Position numbers and translations under genes: made by a program | Notes under the pieces: model-generated | The model's database searches: none | Seen by the model: the letters and a program-made list of their open reading frames with translations, nothing else | What the model was told of the DNA's origin: nothing | In this document: positions 45,563 through 56,828 of the stretch, piece after piece | Layout of the letters: each line of letters opens with the position of its first letter | Position numbering within the stretch: position 1 is the first letter of the stretch | Source of the DNA: Steroidobacteraceae bacterium | GTDB lineage: Bacteria > Pseudomonadota > Gammaproteobacteria > Steroidobacterales > Steroidobacteraceae | DNA: 64,000 nucleotides | Assembly (NCBI GenBank): GCA_035631755.1 | Contig: DASQIC010000053.1 | Location: 3,888 to 67,887, forward strand | Direction: 5' to 3'

Positions 45563-47737
45563 ATGCCGACCTTCCAGCCGCTTGCCGCGGCGCGCGCGGC
45601 GCTGCCGCCGCTCATCGCCGCCGCCGCGCTGCTCACCGCGACCGCGACTTCCGCACAGGTGTCCCAGGAAGCTGGCGCCACCATGCCGACCATCGTGGTC
45701 ACGTCGCAGCATCTCAACGAGGAGCGCTCCCGTATCGACACCCAGACGGGCGCCTCGACCTACACCTTCAGCGCCAAGGACATTCAGTCCGAGCCCGGCG
45801 GGGACAACGTGCAGCTCAACCAGGTCATGCTGCAGGTACCGGATGCGGCCCAGGACTCCTTCGGGCAGCTGCATATCCGCGGCGACCACAACGGACTGCA
45901 GTTCCGCCTGAACGGCGTGATCCTGCCCGACGGCATCAGCTTCTTCGGTCAGACGCTGCCGCCGCGCATGATCGCGCAATTCAAGCTCATCACCGGCAGC
46001 CTGCCCGCGGAGTACGGTCTGCGCAGCGCCGGTATCATCGATCTCACCACCAAGTCGGGAGCGCTGCAGCCCGGCGGCGAGGCGTCCGCGTACGGGGGAA
46101 GCCACAGCGCCATCGAGCCGAGCGCCTTCTACGGCGGCACCTCCGGGAACAACACCTACTTCCTCACGACCGACTACATCTACGACGAGCTCGGCATCGA
46201 GTCTCCCGATGGTCGCGCCACCCCCCTGCACGACACCACCCGGCAGTTCCACGGCTTCGGCTATCTCGAGCACATCTTCGACGACAGCAACCGCCTGGCG
46301 CTGCTGGCGGGTACCTCGGTCGACCGTTTCCAGATTCCCGACCGCTTCGGGGTGCACGCCGCCAACGTGTTCGTGCCGACGCTCACGGTCAACGGCCAGA
46401 GCGACTTCCTGAGCCAGAACCTCGACGAGAACCAGCGCGAGATCACCCATTTCGCCGCGCTCAGCCTGCAGCACTCGCAAACGCCTCTGAGCGTGCAGAC
46501 CTCGCTCATCGCCCGCTATTCGAGCCTCGATTTCTCTCCGGACCCGAACCTCGGCGATCTGTTCTTCACCGGCATCTCGCAGCAGGCATTCAAGCGCGAC
46601 GCAGCCTACGGCCTGCAGAGCGACGCTGTCTGCACGCTGAACGATTCCCATACGCTGCGGGCCGGCATCTACGCCCAGACCGACCGCCTGACGAGCGACA
46701 CCACCTCGCAGGTGCTCGCGACCGACCCGACCACGGGACTGCCCAGCAACGACATTCCGGCGGCCATCATCGACAACAGTGACAGCACCCAGTGGATCGA
46801 GAGCGCCTATCTGCAGGATGAGTGGCGCTGGGACGAGCGCTTCACGGTGAACTACGGGTTGCGCTTCGACCACTACTCCGCGTTTTCGAGCGGCAGTCAG
46901 CTCAGTCCGCGGGTGAATCTCGTGTGGCAACTTTCCCACGACACCACCGTGCACGCCGGCTACTCGCGCTTCTTCTCGCCGCCGCCCTTCGAGCTGGTCG
47001 GCAACACCACCGTCGCGAAGTTCGCGAGCACGACCGCGGCTCCGGTGGTCACCCGGGACGATCCCGTGCAGGCCGAGCGTTCCAACTACTACGACTTCGG
47101 CATCGAGCAGACGCTCTCCAAGAGCCTGACCGTCGGCGTCGACAGCTACTACAAGCAGGCGATCCATCTCATCGACGAGGGTCAGTTCGGCGCCCCGATC
47201 ATCCTCACCCCGTTCAACTACCGGTACGGGCAGGTGTACGGGGTGGAACTCACCGGCAACTACACGCAGCGCCACTTCCAGGCGTATGGCAACCTCGCGT
47301 TCCAGCGGGCCATCGGCAAGGACTTCGAGTCCAGTCAGTTCAATTTCAGCCCCGATGATCTCGCCTACGTGGCGGCTCACTACATCCATCTCGATCACGA
47401 GCAGCAGATGACGGCCTCGGGCGGCGCCGCCTGGCTGTGGCACGGGACGCGCGTGAGCGGGGATGTCCTGGTCGGCTCGGGGCTGCGGGCCGCGCTCGTC
47501 CTCCCGGACGGCAGCGTCGACCCCAACGGCGCCCACCTGCCCTACTACCGGCAGGTCAATCTGGGAGTCAGCCACGCGTTCGACCAACAGGGGATCAGGG
47601 GGCTGACGGCGCGCTTCGACGTGATCAACGTCTTCGACCAGATCTACGAGATCCGCAACGGCACCGGCGTCGGCGTGGGCGCCCCGCAATTCGGACCGCG
47701 GCGCGGCTACTTCCTCGGGGTGTCGCAGCAGCTCTGA
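45563..47737 (+). CDS. TonB-dependent outer-membrane receptor
   Basis: The ATG at 45563 is preceded by AGGAG with a 7-nt spacer. There is a signal peptide (...ATATSAQV) and a TonB-box-like MPTIVVTS. The plug reads GQLHIRGDHNGLQFRLNGV, and the barrel is long and rich in Y/F/G. The ORF track start (45536) is a TTG. Confidence 0.85.
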   Translation: MPTFQPLAAARAALPPLIAAAALLTATATSAQVSQEAGATMPTIVVTSQHLNEERSRIDTQTGASTYTFSAKDIQSEPGGDNVQLNQVMLQVPDAAQDSFGQLHIRGDHNGLQFRLNGVILPDGISFFGQTLPPRMIAQFKLITGSLPAEYGLRSAGIIDLTTKSGALQPGGEASAYGGSHSAIEPSAFYGGTSGNNTYFLTTDYIYDELGIESPDGRATPLHDTTRQFHGFGYLEHIFDDSNRLALLAGTSVDRFQIPDRFGVHAANVFVPTLTVNGQSDFLSQNLDENQREITHFAALSLQHSQTPLSVQTSLIARYSSLDFSPDPNLGDLFFTGISQQAFKRDAAYGLQSDAVCTLNDSHTLRAGIYAQTDRLTSDTTSQVLATDPTTGLPSNDIPAAIIDNSDSTQWIESAYLQDEWRWDERFTVNYGLRFDHYSAFSSGSQLSPRVNLVWQLSHDTTVHAGYSRFFSPPPFELVGNTTVAKFASTTAAPVVTRDDPVQAERSNYYDFGIEQTLSKSLTVGVDSYYKQAIHLIDEGQFGAPIILTPFNYRYGQVYGVELTGNYTQRHFQAYGNLAFQRAIGKDFESSQFNFSPDDLAYVAAHYIHLDHEQQMTASGGAAWLWHGTRVSGDVLVGSGLRAALVLPDGSVDPNGAHLPYYRQVNLGVSHAFDQQGIRGLTARFDVINVFDQIYEIRNGTGVGVGAPQFGPRRGYFLGVSQQL

Positions 47738-47749
47738 GCGGCGCCGGGC

Positions 47750-48277
47750 TCAGCTCGAGCGCAGCTCGCCCGTGGGCCGCCCCGTCGCGTCGATGATTCC
47801 GTACCGCTCGAGCCAGTCGCGCGCCGCGGCGGCATCGCGCTCGAACCACTGACGCGCGCTGCCGAGGCGGAAGCTGTAGCCCCAGGCGTCCATGTCGGCG
47901 AGCAGCCGCTCGCGGCCGACGCCCGCGAGCTGCCCGGCGAGCAGCACCTGGAGATAACACACCGCCTCCTCCTCGAGATCGTCGCCGCCCGCGTCGGTGT
48001 CGAGTCCGGAGCGCCGCTCCGGGCTCATGCAGATGTAGTGCCCGGCTTCGTGGAGGATGGAGTGCACCGGCGTGTCGGGCCGCACGTAGAGTCTCCCGGC
48101 CCTGAGTCCCGCCTCGCTGTCGCCCCAGTACGATCCCGGAATCGCCTCACCCCCGACGACCAGCGTGAGGTCGAGGCGGTAGCGGGCGATGAGCCGTGCG
48201 AGCGCCACGCGGTCGATGGCGCGCAGCGGCAGCACCGCGTGGGCGGAACCTGCCGGAGCGCTCGGTGCGCCGGACAC
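47750..48277 (-). CDS. Hypothetical protein with HExxH motif (putative small zinc metallopeptidase-like)
   Basis: 175 aa with a GTG start 4 nt after the lptE stop. The motif SILHEAGHYICM is followed by an acidic DDLEEEAVCYLQ. No family is recognised. Confidence 0.5.
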   Translation of the reverse strand: MSGAPSAPAGSAHAVLPLRAIDRVALARLIARYRLDLTLVVGGEAIPGSYWGDSEAGLRAGRLYVRPDTPVHSILHEAGHYICMSPERRSGLDTDAGGDDLEEEAVCYLQVLLAGQLAGVGRERLLADMDAWGYSFRLGSARQWFERDAAAARDWLERYGIIDATGRPTGELRSS

Positions 48278-48281
48278 GCCG

Positions 48282-48785
48282 TCAGAGTCTCGACAGCCGC
48301 CGCAGCACCATGTCGGCCAGGTCCTGCGCCATAGCCCCGCGCAGCACGTCGGCCTCGTGACCCTTGGCGAGCAGCAGCCGCTCGTTGAAGCTGTAGGTGC
48401 GGGTAGTGGAGATCTCCTGCGGTGCGAGCAGCTCGTGCCCGCCGGCGCTCACCGCGAAGCTCACCGTGTAGGTGAGCTCGTACTCGGTCGGCTGGTTGAG
48501 GTTGGAGACCGACAGCACCCGCTGCTTCACGCTGTCCGTGAGGATCCTCACCACCGCCGAGGCCTTGTCCTTCTCGGGCGCGAGCTCGGCGCCGCTCGCG
48601 TGCAAGGCACGCCGCAGGCTCTGCACGAAATCGCTCTGCCGGTCCTCGGCCTCGAGGTACGGGGTCTTGACCGCCGCGGGCAGCGCCGTGCGTCCTTCGA
48701 GGTGGAAGCCGCAGCCGCCGGGCAGCAGCGCAATCGCCGCGAGCGCCGCGGCGGCGGGCACACATCGCAGGCCCGCACGGCCCAT
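48282..48785 (-). CDS. lptE: LPS-assembly lipoprotein LptE
   Basis: The ATG at 48785 overlaps the leuS stop (TGATG). The lipobox is ALLPGGCGFHLEG. It lies immediately downstream of leuS. Confidence 0.85.
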   Translation of the reverse strand: MGRAGLRCVPAAAALAAIALLPGGCGFHLEGRTALPAAVKTPYLEAEDRQSDFVQSLRRALHASGAELAPEKDKASAVVRILTDSVKQRVLSVSNLNQPTEYELTYTVSFAVSAGGHELLAPQEISTTRTYSFNERLLLAKGHEADVLRGAMAQDLADMVLRRLSRL

Positions 48786-51406
48786 CACACCACCACGTTC
48801 ACGAGCTTGCCGGGAACGACGATGACCCGTCGTACCGGTTTGTCCGCCACGAACCTGCGCACGTGCTCGTCGGCGAGCGCCGCGGCGCGCACCGCCGCCT
48901 CGTCGGCGTGCACCGGCACGGTGATGTGGCCGCGCAGCTTGCCGTTCACCTGCACCACCATGGCGTGCGTCTGCTGCTCGAGCGCGGCCGGATCGGGCTG
49001 CGGCCAGCGCTCATCGACCAGCGCCGTCCGGTGGCCGAGCGCATGCCACAGCGCGTGACACACGTGCGGGGTGACGGGCGCGAGCACCCGCACCTCGATG
49101 CCGAGCGCTTCCTGGCGCACCGCGCGACCCTGCGGGCTGGTATCGCCCGAGGCGCGGATCGAGTTGAGCAGCTCCATCATCGCGGCGATCGCGGTGTTGA
49201 AATTACGCCGGCGGCCGATGTCGTCGGTAGCCTTGGCGAGCGCCTGGTGCGCCGTGCGGCGCAGCGCACGCTGCTGCGGCGTGAGCGCGCGCGGCTCGAG
49301 CGCCGGGGCGGCGCCCGCGGCGACGTGCTCGTACACCGAGCTCCACAGGCGCCGGATGAAGCGCGACGCGCCCTGCACGCCCTCATCGGACCATTCGAGG
49401 GTTTGCTCGGGAGGCGAGGCGTACATGGTGAAGAGCCGCGCGGTGTCGGCGCCGAAGCGCTCGATGAGTCCCTCCGGATCGACGCCGTTGCCCTCGGACT
49501 TCGACATCTTGCCGATGCCTTCGTGCTCGACCGCGAGCGTGCCGAGGTCGCTCGTCACGACCTCGTAGCGGGTGCCGCCGTCGCCCGCTCGCCGGGTCTC
49601 GACGTCGGCGGGATTGAAGTAGCGTTTGCGCCCGCCCGGGGGCTGGTAGGAATAGATGTGATTGAGCACCATGCCCTGGGTGAGGAGCCGGGTGAAGGGC
49701 TCGCCGAACTTCACCAGCTCGAGATCGCGCATCACCCTGGTCCAGAAGCGCGCATACAGCAGGTGCAGGATCGCGTGCTCGATGCCGCCGATGTACTGGT
49801 CCACCGGCAGCCAGTAATCGACGCGCGCATCGACCATGGCCTCGGCCGCATCCGGGCACGCGTAGCGCATGAAGTACCAGGACGAGTCGACGAAGGTGTC
49901 CATGGTGTCGGTTTCGCGCCGCGCGGCCCGTCCGCACTTCGGGCAGCTGCACTGGTAGAAGGCCGCAGATTTGGCGAGCGGGTTGCCGCTGCCGTCCGGC
50001 ACCAGGTCCTCGGGCAGCACCACCGGCAGCTGCTGGTCCGGCACCGGCACCTCGCCGCACGCCGCGCAGTGAATGATCGGGATCGGGCAGCCCCAGTAGC
50101 GCTGGCGCGAGATCCCCCAGTCGCGCAGGCGAAACTGCACGCGCCTGGCGCCCAGGCCCTTTTTCTCGAGCGCCGCGGCGATCGCCTCCACCGCCTCCCG
50201 GAAGCCGAGACCGGAGAACTCCCCCGAGTTCACCGTCACGCCGTGTTCACTGTAGGCGGCGATCCAGGGGGCGCGCACTTCCTCGTAAGCCCCCGAGCTC
50301 GAGCGCACCACCGTGACCACCGGCAGCCGGTTTCTGAGGGCGAATTCGAAGTCGCGCTCGTCGTGGGCCGGCACGCCCATGACGGCCCCTTCGCCGTAGG
50401 CCATCACGACGTAATTGGCGACCCAGATCTCGAGCGGCTGGCCGGTGAAGGGATGCAGCACGTGCAGCCCGGTCGGCATGCCTTTCTTCTCCTGCGTCGC
50501 GAGCTCCGCCTCGATGATGCTGCCGCGGCGGCATTCTTCCACGAAGGCGGCCAGCTTCGGACTTGCGCGAGCCGCCGCGAGCGCCACCGGGTGCTCCGCG
50601 GCGATCGCCATGAACGTGGCGCCGAAGAGCGTGTCGGCCCGCGTGGTGAACACCCGCAGCGACCCCTCGGCGCCCACCGCGCGCACGGTATCGGGAGCGT
50701 AGGGGAAGGCGATATCGCAGCCCTCGCTGCGCCCGATCCAGTTCGCCTGCATGATGCGCACGCGCTCCGGCCAGTCGGGCAGCTCCTCGAGCGCCGCGAG
50801 CAGCTCCTCGGCGTAGCGCGTGATCGCCAGGTAGTACATGGGGATCTCGCGCTTCTCGACCGGCGCCCCGGTGCGCCAGCCGCGGCCCTCGATCACCTGC
50901 TCGTTGGCGAGCACGGTCTGATCGACCGGATCCCAGTTGACGATGCCCGACTTGCGGTAGGCGAGGCCGCGCTCGCGCATGCGCAGGAACAGCCACTGGT
51001 TCCAGCGGTAGTAGCCCGGGTCGCAGGTGGCGAGCTCGCGCCGCCAGTCGATGGCGAAGCCGAGCGACTTGAGCTGCGCGCGCATGTGAGCGATGTTCTC
51101 GCGCGTCCATTTCGCCGGCGGCACACCGTTGCTGATCGCGGCGTTTTCGGCCGGCAGCCCGAAGGCGTCCCAGCCCATCGGCTGCAGCACGTTGTAGCCC
51201 TGCATGCGCAGGTAGCGCGTCAGCACGTCCCCGATGGTGTAATTGCGCACGTGCCCCATGTGCAGCCGGCCCGAGGGGTACGGCAGCATCGACAGGCAGT
51301 AGTACTTCGGACGCGCGGGGTCCTCGCGCGCCTCGAACGAACGGTGGCGGTGCCAGTACTCCTGCGCGTCACGCTCGACGGCCGCGGGCTCGTACGTCTC
51401 CCGCAT
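48785..51406 (-). CDS. leuS: Leucine--tRNA ligase
   Basis: 873 aa with HMGHVRNY (the HIGH motif) and GKMSKSEGN (the KMSKS motif). Confidence 0.97.
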   Translation of the reverse strand: MRETYEPAAVERDAQEYWHRHRSFEAREDPARPKYYCLSMLPYPSGRLHMGHVRNYTIGDVLTRYLRMQGYNVLQPMGWDAFGLPAENAAISNGVPPAKWTRENIAHMRAQLKSLGFAIDWRRELATCDPGYYRWNQWLFLRMRERGLAYRKSGIVNWDPVDQTVLANEQVIEGRGWRTGAPVEKREIPMYYLAITRYAEELLAALEELPDWPERVRIMQANWIGRSEGCDIAFPYAPDTVRAVGAEGSLRVFTTRADTLFGATFMAIAAEHPVALAAARASPKLAAFVEECRRGSIIEAELATQEKKGMPTGLHVLHPFTGQPLEIWVANYVVMAYGEGAVMGVPAHDERDFEFALRNRLPVVTVVRSSSGAYEEVRAPWIAAYSEHGVTVNSGEFSGLGFREAVEAIAAALEKKGLGARRVQFRLRDWGISRQRYWGCPIPIIHCAACGEVPVPDQQLPVVLPEDLVPDGSGNPLAKSAAFYQCSCPKCGRAARRETDTMDTFVDSSWYFMRYACPDAAEAMVDARVDYWLPVDQYIGGIEHAILHLLYARFWTRVMRDLELVKFGEPFTRLLTQGMVLNHIYSYQPPGGRKRYFNPADVETRRAGDGGTRYEVVTSDLGTLAVEHEGIGKMSKSEGNGVDPEGLIERFGADTARLFTMYASPPEQTLEWSDEGVQGASRFIRRLWSSVYEHVAAGAAPALEPRALTPQQRALRRTAHQALAKATDDIGRRRNFNTAIAAMMELLNSIRASGDTSPQGRAVRQEALGIEVRVLAPVTPHVCHALWHALGHRTALVDERWPQPDPAALEQQTHAMVVQVNGKLRGHITVPVHADEAAVRAAALADEHVRRFVADKPVRRVIVVPGKLVNVVV

Positions 51407-51411
51407 CGTGG

Positions 51412-52947
51412 TCAGGGCAGGCGCAGAGGAACGAAGATCTGGGCGTCCTCGCGCTGGATCAGCAGCGCGACGCTGCGGCCGGCGGCCTTGGCCGCCTCCT
51501 CCAGTTCCTTGACGCTGTGCACCCGGTGGCCGTTGACGCCGAGGATGATGTCACCGGGCGCCACCTCCGCCGCCGCCGCGGCTCCGGCGACCTCCTCCAC
51601 CACCAGGCTCCCCTGGGTGTCCGCCTGCTCCTTCTCCTGCGGGGTGAGTGGGCGGACCGTGAGGCCGAAGGCGCTCGGCTTGCGGGGACTGCCGCCCGCG
51701 GGACTTCTGCGGCTCGCTGCCAGCGGCTGCTGCTCCTTGAGCTCGGCGATCTGCACGCTCACGGTCTGCTGCTTGCCGTTACGCCACACCTGCAGCGCCG
51801 TCTCGCTGCCCGGCTTCATCGCGGCGATCGCGCCCGAGAGCTCCCCGTAATGCTCGATCGGACGGCCGCCGACCCCGAGAATCACATCCCCCGGCTGCAT
51901 GCCCGCGTGCGCCGCCGGGCCGTCCTTCTCGACCGAGGACACCAGCGCCCCGCGCGGACGGTCGAGCCCGAAGGACTCGGCGAGCTGCGCGTTGAGATCC
52001 TGGATGGTGACGCCGATGCGGCCGCGGACCACGCGCCCCGTCCTGATCAGCTGCTCCTCGACGTTGCGCGCAACGTCGATGGGGATGGCGAAGGACAGGC
52101 CCATGAAGCCGCCGGTGCGGCTGAAGATCTGCGAATTGATGCCGATCACCTCCCCGGCGAGGTTGAACAGCGGTCCGCCCGAGTTGCCGGGGTTCACCGC
52201 CACGTCGGTCTGGATGAACGGCACGTAGTTGTCGCTCGGCAGCGAGCGGGCGGTCGCGCTGATGATGCCGGCGGTGACGCTGTTGTCGAAGCCGAAGGGC
52301 GAGCCGATCGCCACCACCCATTGTCCCGGCTTGATGTGCGAGGGATCGCCGAGCCTCACGGTCGGCAGATTGCTCGCGCTGATCTTGATCACCGCGACGT
52401 CGGTGCGCTCGTCGGCCCCGATCACCTTGGCCTGAAACTCGCGGCGGTCGGTGAGGCGCACGGTCACGGTGTCGGCATCGGCGACCACGTGGGTGTTGGT
52501 GAGGATGTAGCCGTCGGGACTGACGATGAAGCCCGAGCCCGCGCCCCGCGCCGGCGGCTGAGTGCCCCGCGGAGACTGCTCCGGACCGGGGATGCCGAAG
52601 CGGTGGAAGAAGTCGTACAGCGGGTCGTTCGGTTGCAGTCCCTGGAAGCCCTGGCCCGTCTGCACCTTCTCCACCACCTCGACGTTGACCACCGCCGGAC
52701 CGCAGCGCTCGACCAGCGTCGCGAAATCGGGCAGGCCCCGCACCATCGACTCGGGGAGCGCCGCAGCCTCGAGCGCCGCGGCCGTCGCCGCGGCCGGCAC
52801 GGTCGCGACCGGCGCAGCCGGGGCGGCGGCGCGGGTCGCCTCGGCGCTGGTCTCGCGCGAGCAGGCCGCGAGCGCCACCGCGACGGTGAGCACGGCGAGT
52901 GTCCGCCGGGCCGGCAGAATGAGCTTGGAATCGGCTTTGAGGTTCAT
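51412..52947 (-). CDS. degP: Periplasmic serine endoprotease, DegP/DegQ/MucD type
   Basis: ORF trimmed to the ATG at 52947 ([29 protein letters not shown]). The triad contexts are TNTHVV, TDVAVIK and GNSGGPLF. Two PDZ regions are present. Confidence 0.9.
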   Translation of the reverse strand: MNLKADSKLILPARRTLAVLTVAVALAACSRETSAEATRAAAPAAPVATVPAAATAAALEAAALPESMVRGLPDFATLVERCGPAVVNVEVVEKVQTGQGFQGLQPNDPLYDFFHRFGIPGPEQSPRGTQPPARGAGSGFIVSPDGYILTNTHVVADADTVTVRLTDRREFQAKVIGADERTDVAVIKISASNLPTVRLGDPSHIKPGQWVVAIGSPFGFDNSVTAGIISATARSLPSDNYVPFIQTDVAVNPGNSGGPLFNLAGEVIGINSQIFSRTGGFMGLSFAIPIDVARNVEEQLIRTGRVVRGRIGVTIQDLNAQLAESFGLDRPRGALVSSVEKDGPAAHAGMQPGDVILGVGGRPIEHYGELSGAIAAMKPGSETALQVWRNGKQQTVSVQIAELKEQQPLAASRRSPAGGSPRKPSAFGLTVRPLTPQEKEQADTQGSLVVEEVAGAAAAAEVAPGDIILGVNGHRVHSVKELEEAAKAAGRSVALLIQREDAQIFVPLRLP

Positions 52948-52948
52948 T

Positions 52949-54502
52949 TCACATACTTCCATCGGGCAAAGCGGCGCCGGACCCGGTCCCGGGGTCCTCG
53001 AGCCGCCTATCATTCCGCACCCCCAGCCCGTACGCCAGCGCCCCGGTCGCAAGCAGCACGACCAGCCAGTTCCCAACATGCGCGTACGGGGTGAGACCCT
53101 TGTACGGGATCACCCTTGAGACCAGTACGAAGGGGCGGAATTCCGGGGCGCGCGCCACGACCTTCCCGTCCGGGCCGATGATGGCGGAGACGCCGTCGTT
53201 GGCGGCCCGGATTAAGTAGCGTCCCTCCTCCAGCGCCCGCATGCGGGCGATCTGGAAGTGCTGGTAGCGGGCGGTCGAATGGCCGAACCAGGCGTCGTTG
53301 GTCACGTTCACCAGGGAATCGGCGCTGTCGAGCACCCGCAGCATCGAGCTGCCGTAGGCGTCCTCATAGCAGACCGTGGCGCCGAGCTCCAGATGGGCCG
53401 CCGGCAGCGGCGGCTGGTACGCGGGGCCGGGGGTGAAGTCCGAGTACGGCAGGCTCATCAGGCGCAGCCACGAGCGCACGAAAGCCGGCACCGGGAAGAA
53501 CTCGGCGAAGGGAACCAGGTGGTGCTTGTCGTACCAGCTGACGCGGGTGCCAAGCCCCAGCACCGAGTTGAAGTAGCGAGCCGGCTCGCGGTCCGAGGCC
53601 GGCTCCTCGCGCAGCACCCCGAGCACCAGCGCCGACCCGTGGCTGCGGGCCTCGCGGTACAGATCCGTGATGTACGGCACCAGATCGTTGGCGGTGTCCG
53701 CCGGAGCGGACTCCGGCCACACGATGAGCTGCGTGCCGAGCGCCTGCTCGGTGAGCCTCTGGTAGAGCTTCAGCGTGGTGTCGTGGTTGCTGTCGAGCCA
53801 CTTCTCGTCCTGCGGGATCGCCCCCTGAACCACCGCCACCGACACCGGCGCTCCCGAGGGGCGTGTCCACGACACACCGCGCAGCGCCCACCCGGCGAGC
53901 CACGGAATGACGAGCACCAGGGCCGCCACCACCCGCGCGCGGCGCGTGCCCTGCAGGAGCGCGGTGAGCGCCCCGGCGCCGGCGAGCAGCACCGCGCTGA
54001 TGCCGTAGACCCCGATGAGGGGCGCGAGGCCTGCGAGCGGGGTATCGGTCTGCGAGTAGCCGAGCGACAGCCACGCGAAGCCCGACAGGAACCAGCCGCG
54101 CCACCACTCGACGAGCAGCCAGGCCGCCGGCAGTGCGACCAGCGAGCGCAGCGGGCCGCGCGCCGGCAACCAGCGGGCGCAGACGTAGCCGAGGCCGGCG
54201 TGGTAGAGGCCCATGATGGCGATGAGTCCCGCCATCAGGAGGAGCGCGAGCCAACCCGGGGCTTCCCCGAAATCGTGGATGCTGACCCACAGCCAGTAGG
54301 TGCCGGCGGCGAAGGTGCCGGCGCTGAAGCACAAGCCGAGGAGCGCGGCCTCGCAGCGGGCGGCGTCCTGCCACAGCCACATGAGCAGCGCGGGCGCGAG
54401 CAGCGCGAGCGGCCAGATCCCGAGCGGCGCAAAGGCCGCCGCCAGCGCCGTCCCGGCGGCGAGCGCGAGGAGCGCCCGCAGCAGCGTGCGCGAGCGCCCC
54501 AC
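52949..54502 (-). CDS. lnt: Apolipoprotein N-acyltransferase
   Basis: 517 aa with a GTG start. It has a multi-TM N-terminal half and a CN-hydrolase domain with WPESA and TVCYEDAY. Confidence 0.9.
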   Translation of the reverse strand: MGRSRTLLRALLALAAGTALAAAFAPLGIWPLALLAPALLMWLWQDAARCEAALLGLCFSAGTFAAGTYWLWVSIHDFGEAPGWLALLLMAGLIAIMGLYHAGLGYVCARWLPARGPLRSLVALPAAWLLVEWWRGWFLSGFAWLSLGYSQTDTPLAGLAPLIGVYGISAVLLAGAGALTALLQGTRRARVVAALVLVIPWLAGWALRGVSWTRPSGAPVSVAVVQGAIPQDEKWLDSNHDTTLKLYQRLTEQALGTQLIVWPESAPADTANDLVPYITDLYREARSHGSALVLGVLREEPASDREPARYFNSVLGLGTRVSWYDKHHLVPFAEFFPVPAFVRSWLRLMSLPYSDFTPGPAYQPPLPAAHLELGATVCYEDAYGSSMLRVLDSADSLVNVTNDAWFGHSTARYQHFQIARMRALEEGRYLIRAANDGVSAIIGPDGKVVARAPEFRPFVLVSRVIPYKGLTPYAHVGNWLVVLLATGALAYGLGVRNDRRLEDPGTGSGAALPDGSM

Positions 54503-54508
54503 GGGCTG

Positions 54509-55381
54509 TTACGTCCCGTCGCCCGCCGCGCGCTCCTCCGCGGGCGGGACGTCGCGCGGCGCGAGTACCTTGAGCGCATCGACGCGGCGGCGGTCCGCAC
54601 GCAGCACGCGGAACTCGAAGCCGTCGATGAGCGCGGACTCGCCGCGCCGTGGCAGCCGCCCGAGATGCTTCATCACCAGCCCCGCCACGGTGTCGAAGCC
54701 CTCCTGCTCGGAGAGCCGCGCGCCGAAGTACTCGTTGAACTCGGCGATGCGGGTCACGCCGCGCACCGTGAACTGGCGCTCGGCATCGCGGCGGATGTTC
54801 TCTTCCTCGACGTCGAACTCGTCGTCGATCTCGCCGACGATCTGCTCGATCACGTCCTCGATGGTGACCATGCCCGCCACCCCGCCGTACTCGTCCACCA
54901 CGATCGCCATGTGGTTGCGATTGCGGCGGAACTCCTTCAGCAGCACGTTGAGCCGCTTGGACTCGGGCACGAACACCGCCGGGCGCATGTACTCGCGGAT
55001 GTCGAAGCGCTCGCGCGGCTGGCTGCTCTTGAGGCGCAGCAGATCCTTGGCGAGCAGGATGCCGACGATGTCGTCACGGTCCTCGTCCATCACCGGAAAG
55101 CGCGAGTGGCCGGATTCGACCACCACCTGCAGGATGCGCGCGGCCGGCTCGTTGCGCCGCACGAACGCCACCTCGGCGCGCGGCACCATGATGTCGCGCA
55201 CCTGCAGGTCCGACACCGCGAGCACCCCTTCGAGCATGGTGAGGGCATCGGAATCGACCAGACCGCGCTCACCGGCCTCGCGCAGCATGGTGAGGAGCTG
55301 CCCGCGATCCTGCGGCTCGGCCGCGAGCCCCTGGGTGAGACGGCGCAGCCAGCGGCCGGTGGAGTTCGGGTCCTTGCTCAT
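54509..55381 (-). CDS. corC: Magnesium/cobalt efflux-associated protein CorC (CBS pair plus CorC/HlyC domain)
   Basis: 290 aa with motifs [11 protein letters not shown] and [21 protein letters not shown]. It lies between ybeY and lnt. Confidence 0.9.
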   Translation of the reverse strand: MSKDPNSTGRWLRRLTQGLAAEPQDRGQLLTMLREAGERGLVDSDALTMLEGVLAVSDLQVRDIMVPRAEVAFVRRNEPAARILQVVVESGHSRFPVMDEDRDDIVGILLAKDLLRLKSSQPRERFDIREYMRPAVFVPESKRLNVLLKEFRRNRNHMAIVVDEYGGVAGMVTIEDVIEQIVGEIDDEFDVEEENIRRDAERQFTVRGVTRIAEFNEYFGARLSEQEGFDTVAGLVMKHLGRLPRRGESALIDGFEFRVLRADRRRVDALKVLAPRDVPPAEERAAGDGT

Positions 55382-55860
55382 CGGCTCACGAAGCTCCGGT
55401 AGGGGTTCGCGAATCCGAGGCGGGCGAGTACCGCGACTTCACGCCGCTCCATGCGCCGCGCATCGGCGGCGCGCTCATGGTCGTAGCCGATCAGGTGCAG
55501 AGCCCCGTGCACCACGAGGTGGGCCCAGTGAGCACGCAGCGTCTTCGCCTGCGCTCGGGCTTCGCGCCGCAGGACGCCCGGGCAGATCACCAGGTCTCCG
55601 AGAGGGCGCGCGCGCGCGCGCACCGGACGCGGCAGCGGCGTCGCCGGGAAGGACAGCACGTTGGTCGGCTCACGGCGGCCGCGGAAGCGCGCGTTCAGCC
55701 GGCGGCTCTCCGCCGCTCCCACCACGCGCACGCCGAGCTCGCCGCCGGCGGCACGCTTGCCCAGCGCGGCACTCGCCCAGCGCGCGAGCTCGGCCCGCGG
55801 CGGCGCCCAGGACCGCACCCGTCGCTGCAGCTCGAGGGTGACGTGGGGGCGCGTGCTCAA
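55378..55860 (-). CDS. ybeY: Endoribonuclease YbeY
   Basis: 160 aa with a TTG start overlapping the ybeZ stop. The motif [15 protein letters not shown] is present. Confidence 0.9.
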   Translation of the reverse strand: MSTRPHVTLELQRRVRSWAPPRAELARWASAALGKRAAGGELGVRVVGAAESRRLNARFRGRREPTNVLSFPATPLPRPVRARARPLGDLVICPGVLRREARAQAKTLRAHWAHLVVHGALHLIGYDHERAADARRMERREVAVLARLGFANPYRSFVSR

Positions 55861-56828
55861 GGCGAGCCGCCGCGCGATTCGTAGGCCTGCACGATGCGCT
55901 GTACCAGCGGATGACGCACCACGTCGTGGGCGTCGAAGAAGGTGAAGGCGACTCCCTGCACGTCGCGCAGCACGTCGACCACGTGGGAGAGGCCCGACTG
56001 CTTGCCGGCGGGGAGATCGGTCTGCGTGACGTCCCCGGTCACCACCGCGCGGGAGCCGAAGCCGATGCGGGTGAGGAACATCTTCATCTGCTCGATGGTG
56101 GTGTTCTGCGCCTCGTCGAGAATGATGAAGGAATCGTTGAGCGAGCGGCCGCGCATGAAGGCGAGCGGCGCGATCTCGATGACGTTGCGCTCGATGAAGC
56201 GCGCCACGCGGTCGAAGCCCATCATCTCGTAGAGCGCGTCGTACATCGGCCGCAGGTACGGGTCGACCTTCTGGGTGAGGTCGCCGGGAAGGAACCCGAG
56301 CCGCTCGCCGGCCTCGACCGCCGGGCGCACCAGCACGATGCGGCGCACGCGCTCCGAAGTCAGCGCTTCCACCGCGCAGGCGACCGCGAGATAGGTTTTG
56401 CCGGTGCCGGCCGGTCCGATGCCGAAGGTGAGATCGCCGCCGCGGATGTGCGCCAGGTAGTCGCGCTGGTGCTTGCCGCGGGCGCGGATGCCACCGCTCG
56501 GCACGCGCACGTCGTGCTCGCGCAGGTCCGCATCGGCGGGCGGTGCCCCGGCCTCGCGGTCGTGCAGCGCGAGATGCACGCGCTCGGGTGTCACCGTCTC
56601 GCTGCGGGTGAGCTCGAAGAGCTCGCGCAGCGTGTCCTCGGCGCTCGCGGCGAGCGCACCGGACACGCGGAAGCTGTCGCCGCGACGGCGGATGCGCACG
56701 TCGAGCCGGTCCTCGAGCAGGCGCAGGTTCTCATCGAGCGGGCCGCAGAGGTTGGCGAGCCGGGCGTTGTCGCCGACGCCGAGATCGAATTCCCGGTGCT
56801 CGCGCGGTGATGGGGCGGCCACGGCCAC
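55857..56828 (-). CDS. ybeZ: PhoH-like ATPase
   Basis: 323 aa with a GTG start. Motifs are [13 protein letters not shown] and [10 protein letters not shown]. Confidence 0.9.
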   Translation of the reverse strand: MAVAAPSPREHREFDLGVGDNARLANLCGPLDENLRLLEDRLDVRIRRRGDSFRVSGALAASAEDTLRELFELTRSETVTPERVHLALHDREAGAPPADADLREHDVRVPSGGIRARGKHQRDYLAHIRGGDLTFGIGPAGTGKTYLAVACAVEALTSERVRRIVLVRPAVEAGERLGFLPGDLTQKVDPYLRPMYDALYEMMGFDRVARFIERNVIEIAPLAFMRGRSLNDSFIILDEAQNTTIEQMKMFLTRIGFGSRAVVTGDVTQTDLPAGKQSGLSHVVDVLRDVQGVAFTFFDAHDVVRHPLVQRIVQAYESRGGSP

